Program-made: the position numbers and the translations under genes
Shown here: piece after piece, positions 60,723-64,000 of the stretch
Position numbering within the stretch: position 1 is the stretch's first letter
Layout: each line of letters starts with the position of its first letter
Assembly (NCBI GenBank): GCA_947259415.1
Contig: CAMYMI010000007.1
Location: 35,565-99,564 of the forward strand
Length of the DNA stretch: 64,000 bases
Origin: an uncultured Ectothiorhodospiraceae bacterium
Lineage (GTDB): Bacteria; Pseudomonadota; Gammaproteobacteria; UBA9214
Direction: 5' to 3'
Notes under the pieces: model-generated
The model's input: the letters and a program-made list of their open reading frames with translations, nothing else
What the model was told of the DNA's origin: nothing
Database searches by the model: none

Positions 60723-62027
60723 TTAGCTGTCGGCAGGCGGTATCCGCAGGGTGTCCCCAATGCGCAGGCGGTCGGATTTCAGTCTGTTATAGCCTTTCAG
60801 GCGGTTGAGACTGACATCATATCGCTGTGCGATATGGCCGAGGGTGTCACCCGCTTTGATGACGTGCTCACGCGCCGCCAGCGCCAGGTGGGTTCCGGGT
60901 GGTGCGTGACTGGCGAAATACCCCCTGATCCCGCGCAGCATGGCATGCGCCAGCGACTCCTGATGGCGCCGGTCGCGCAACTTGCGCTCTTCCGAGGGGT
61001 TGGAGATGAACGCGGTCTCGACCAGAACCGAGGGGATATCCGGGGACTTCAGCACGACAAAACCGGCCTGCTGGACCGAGGACTTGTGGGTCTTGCCGAG
61101 ACGTTTCAGTTGGCCCAGCATGTTGCCGGCCACGTCGATACTGGCCTCGATGGTCGCTGTTTGTGACAGGTCGAGCAACACCTCGGCCAGCAGGTCATCC
61201 TTGTCGTCAAGCCTCACTCCACCGGCCAGGTCCGCGGCATTTTCCTTCTCGGCCAGCCAGCGCGCCATTTCGGACGATGCGCCACGCCGCGACAGGACAT
61301 AAACAGAGGAACCGTTAACCCGCCGGTCACGGAAACCATCAGCATGAATGGATATGAACAGATCGGCCCCATGCTTGCGGGCGATGTTGATACGCTGGCG
61401 CAGTCCGATGTAGTAATCACCCTGGCGGATCATTACCGGTCGCATACCCTGTTCCTGTTCGACCAGGGCCTCCAGCCGTTTGGCAATGGACAGCACGACA
61501 TCTTTTTCACGGGTACCGCCCCGCCCGATTGCGCCCGGATCGTCACCGCCATGGCCCGCATCGATCGCGATGACCAGGTCGCGCAACCGGGTCTTCTCGG
61601 CGACCGATTTCTTTACCGTCGCCTTCTGGCTTGCGCCGGTCTCGTACAGGTCGATGACCAGTCGGTGTCCGTGCTGACCGCCCGGTTTCAGGGTGAAGCT
61701 GCGCGGCTTGGTCAGCCGTTCCAGGTCCAGCACGATTCTTAGCACGCCCTTGTCCTGCAGGGCGGTCCGGACCCCCTTGACCAGTCCGACAGCCTTCATC
61801 TGTGCCTGCAGCGAGGCCCCGATACGGGCGGCCGGGACATCGACGACCAGGCGCTCGGGATCATGCAGTGAAAACAGCGTATGCTCGATCGGACCGCTGA
61901 TATCGAAAACCACGCGGGTATGATCGGGTGCGGCCCAGAGGCGCACACCCTGCACCTCCACTGGTGCCGCACAGACCAGTGACTGGCCGACAAGCCAGAG
62001 GCAACATACTGTGATCAGCCGTTTCAC
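60723..62027 (-). CDS. amiB: N-acetylmuramoyl-L-alanine amidase (AMIN-Amidase_3-LysM)
   Basis: IDAGHGGDDPGA, FISIHAD, LVETAFISN, C-terminal LysM; synteny tsaE-amiB-mutL. Confidence 0.9.
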   Translation of the reverse strand: MKRLITVCCLWLVGQSLVCAAPVEVQGVRLWAAPDHTRVVFDISGPIEHTLFSLHDPERLVVDVPAARIGASLQAQMKAVGLVKGVRTALQDKGVLRIVLDLERLTKPRSFTLKPGGQHGHRLVIDLYETGASQKATVKKSVAEKTRLRDLVIAIDAGHGGDDPGAIGRGGTREKDVVLSIAKRLEALVEQEQGMRPVMIRQGDYYIGLRQRINIARKHGADLFISIHADGFRDRRVNGSSVYVLSRRGASSEMARWLAEKENAADLAGGVRLDDKDDLLAEVLLDLSQTATIEASIDVAGNMLGQLKRLGKTHKSSVQQAGFVVLKSPDIPSVLVETAFISNPSEERKLRDRRHQESLAHAMLRGIRGYFASHAPPGTHLALAAREHVIKAGDTLGHIAQRYDVSLNRLKGYNRLKSDRLRIGDTLRIPPADS

Positions 62028-62200
62028 GTTGTGGACCGCCCCCGGGTCACGCTGCAGATGGGCGTATCTTAGCCACAAAACCCACAAAATTTCAAATATT
62101 ATGTTGAAACTCCATGGGATAGATTAGAAACCTCTCAGTGAGCCCAAGGGATATACGATAAGTACCTGTCACATTGTACGTTGCGGAACAAGAACATGGC

Positions 62201-62674
62201 TCACCCGGCGTCGGTCCGGCGCACATCCCGCATAGCCGCCAGCCACTGGCGACCCCGTGTGCTGGCCGCCTGCAGATCCAGCTGGCGCCCTGCGTCCCGG
62301 TAATCGATGGCGATGACCAGATCGGGCGGCGGCAACGCGCCCTCACCCTGTTCCGGCCATTCGACCAGCAGCAATTCGTTTCCGGCCATCAGGTCGCGGA
62401 TACCGATCCATTCCAGCTCATCCCCGGAGGCCAGTCGGTAAAGGTCCAGGTGATATACCGTCAACCGTCCCAGGGGATACGGTTCGATCAGCGTATAGGT
62501 CGGGCTCTTGACCTTGCCCGGAAAGCCGAGCCCGCGCAGCAGGCTGCGCACCAGCGTGGTCTTGCCAGCGCCCAGATCACCCTGGATATAAATGATGCCG
62601 GGTCCGCTCACTACCTGTGCCAGGCGCAACCCGATGTCCTTCATGGCCGCTTCATCCGCTGCGAAGAGTTTCAC
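62201..62674 (-). CDS. tsaE: t6A biosynthesis ATPase TsaE
   Basis: GDLGAGKTT, VKSPTYTL, HLDLYRL, VEWP. Confidence 0.96.
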   Translation of the reverse strand: MKLFAADEAAMKDIGLRLAQVVSGPGIIYIQGDLGAGKTTLVRSLLRGLGFPGKVKSPTYTLIEPYPLGRLTVYHLDLYRLASGDELEWIGIRDLMAGNELLLVEWPEQGEGALPPPDLVIAIDYRDAGRQLDLQAASTRGRQWLAAMRDVRRTDAG

Positions 62675-63999
62675 CCGGTCTCGCCTTTCGCCTCCATCAC
62701 GGCACGCAGTTCGTTGATGACATCGCGCGCCGTCAAGCCGCGTTCACCGGTGAGCGCGGCGCGGTCACCTGCGAACCCGTGCACGCAGACCCCCGCCGCT
62801 GCCGCCTGCCACAGGCCCAGACCCTGGGCCGCCAATCCGGCGATGACCCCGCTGAGGACATCACCCATGCCAGCCGTCGCCATCCCCGGATTACCGACCG
62901 CACACACCGTGACCGGAGTGGCCGTACGGGCCACCAGCGAGCCGGCTCCCTTCAGCACCGCCGTGCCGCCGTAGCTGGTGGCCAGGGCGGATGCCGCAGC
63001 GAAACGGTCGATCTGGATATCCCGGGCGGAAATCTTCAGCAGGCGTCCCGCCTCGCCCGGATGCGGTGTCAGCACCCAGTTGTCACGGGTTTCCGGCTCC
63101 CGGGCCAGCAGGTTCAAGGCATCGGCGTCCACGATCAACGGCAAATCGGTGTCCAGCACCGCGGCAAGCAATCCCCGGGCCCAGCGTGACTGGCCGAGGC
63201 CAGGCCCGACAACGACAATGCTGGCGCGCTTTAACAGGGGCGCAAGTTGGCCAGCCTCGGCAACCCCATGGCTCATCAGCTCCGGGCTGGCAGCCGCGAT
63301 CATTGCCGCATGCTCCGGCCGGGTGGCAAGACTAACCAGACCCGTGCCGACACGCAGGGCCGCCATGCCCGCCAGCTGCACGGCCCCGGTCATCCCGGGG
63401 GCACCGCCAACGACCAGAACGTGACCGTTGTGGCCCTTGTGCGCCGTGCGTGAACGCGGCCGTGCCAGCCTCCCCAGGGGCGGCTCGCTGAGCAACTGCG
63501 CGGCCGGTACGACCTGCGGGTAGACAGACGCCGGTATATTGAGGTCGTTGAAATTGACCTTGCCGGCGTATTCAGGACCATCGCCGGTGTACAGTCCCTG
63601 CTTGCGGCCGATGAAGGTCACGGTATGGCATGCCTTTATGCTGGCACCCAGCGCCGTCCCGCTGTCACTATGCAGGCCAGTGGGGATATCGATGGCCAAT
63701 ACCGGGGTCGACGCACCATTGATTGCCTCGACCACTGCCCGCCATTCCCCCTCCAGGGGCCGTTCCAGCCCGGTACCCAGCAGGGCATCGACGATTACAT
63801 CCGCGCGCGCGAGGGATTTCTCGTCAAAGCTGTGTTCCTCGCCGCCCGCTGCCAGCCAGTCATTGCGCGCGCTCAGGGCATCACCTGTCATGCGGCCGGC
63901 GTCACCCAGCTGGATCACCCGGCTCTGACAGCCGGACTCCTGTGCCAGGCGCGCCACCACATAGCCGTCGCCGCCGTTATTGCCGGTGCCACAGGCCAC
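62671..63999 (-). CDS. nnr: Bifunctional NAD(P)HX epimerase/dehydratase (5' end outside window)
   Basis: GNNGGDG, DALLGTG, DIPTG, GPGLG, DADAL, TPHPGEA, G.GDVL. Confidence 0.95.
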   Translation of the reverse strand: MACGTGNNGGDGYVVARLAQESGCQSRVIQLGDAGRMTGDALSARNDWLAAGGEEHSFDEKSLARADVIVDALLGTGLERPLEGEWRAVVEAINGASTPVLAIDIPTGLHSDSGTALGASIKACHTVTFIGRKQGLYTGDGPEYAGKVNFNDLNIPASVYPQVVPAAQLLSEPPLGRLARPRSRTAHKGHNGHVLVVGGAPGMTGAVQLAGMAALRVGTGLVSLATRPEHAAMIAAASPELMSHGVAEAGQLAPLLKRASIVVVGPGLGQSRWARGLLAAVLDTDLPLIVDADALNLLAREPETRDNWVLTPHPGEAGRLLKISARDIQIDRFAAASALATSYGGTAVLKGAGSLVARTATPVTVCAVGNPGMATAGMGDVLSGVIAGLAAQGLGLWQAAAAGVCVHGFAGDRAALTGERGLTARDVINELRAVMEAKGETG

Positions 64000-64000
64000 T

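Overview
GC-rich gammaproteobacterial chromosome segment; the gene content is suggestive of a sediment or low-oxygen, possibly sulfur-cycling lineage, but this is inference only. Two conserved housekeeping blocks flank a ~31 kb accessory block. The left block (1-19.6 kb) holds ogt, rplS-trmD-rimM-rpsP, ffh, ypjD-corC-msrB, radA-alr-dnaB, rplI-rpsR-rpsF, rlmB-rnr and tRNA-Leu(CAG). The right block (50.6-64 kb) holds purA, hisZ, hflCKX, hfq, miaA, mutL, amiB, tsaE and nnr. The accessory block between the tRNA 3' end and purA has no integrase. It encodes an ABC exporter, an HPF-archease-RtcB-DUF72-PolX module, a baeRF/host-attachment protein, a beta-CASP nuclease, an archaeal-type FBP aldolase/phosphatase, a LonC-type protease, YbaK, an octaheme cytochrome c/cytochrome b operon, and a membrane-anchored phage XkdW-like protein. 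Strongest signals: (1) an unannotated sigma54-driven, ~180-nt, A-rich CrcZ-like sRNA between rpsP and ffh, with enhancer sites and its own terminator; (2) five FNR-type boxes at matching class-II spacing, which would make the accessory block a candidate anoxia-induced RNA/DNA-repair and ribosome-hibernation regulon; (3) nested miniature repeat elements, one of which supplies the rlmB stop codon; (4) a multi-stem structured region just downstream of tRNA-Leu. Gene calls come from motif recognition only; no database searches were run.
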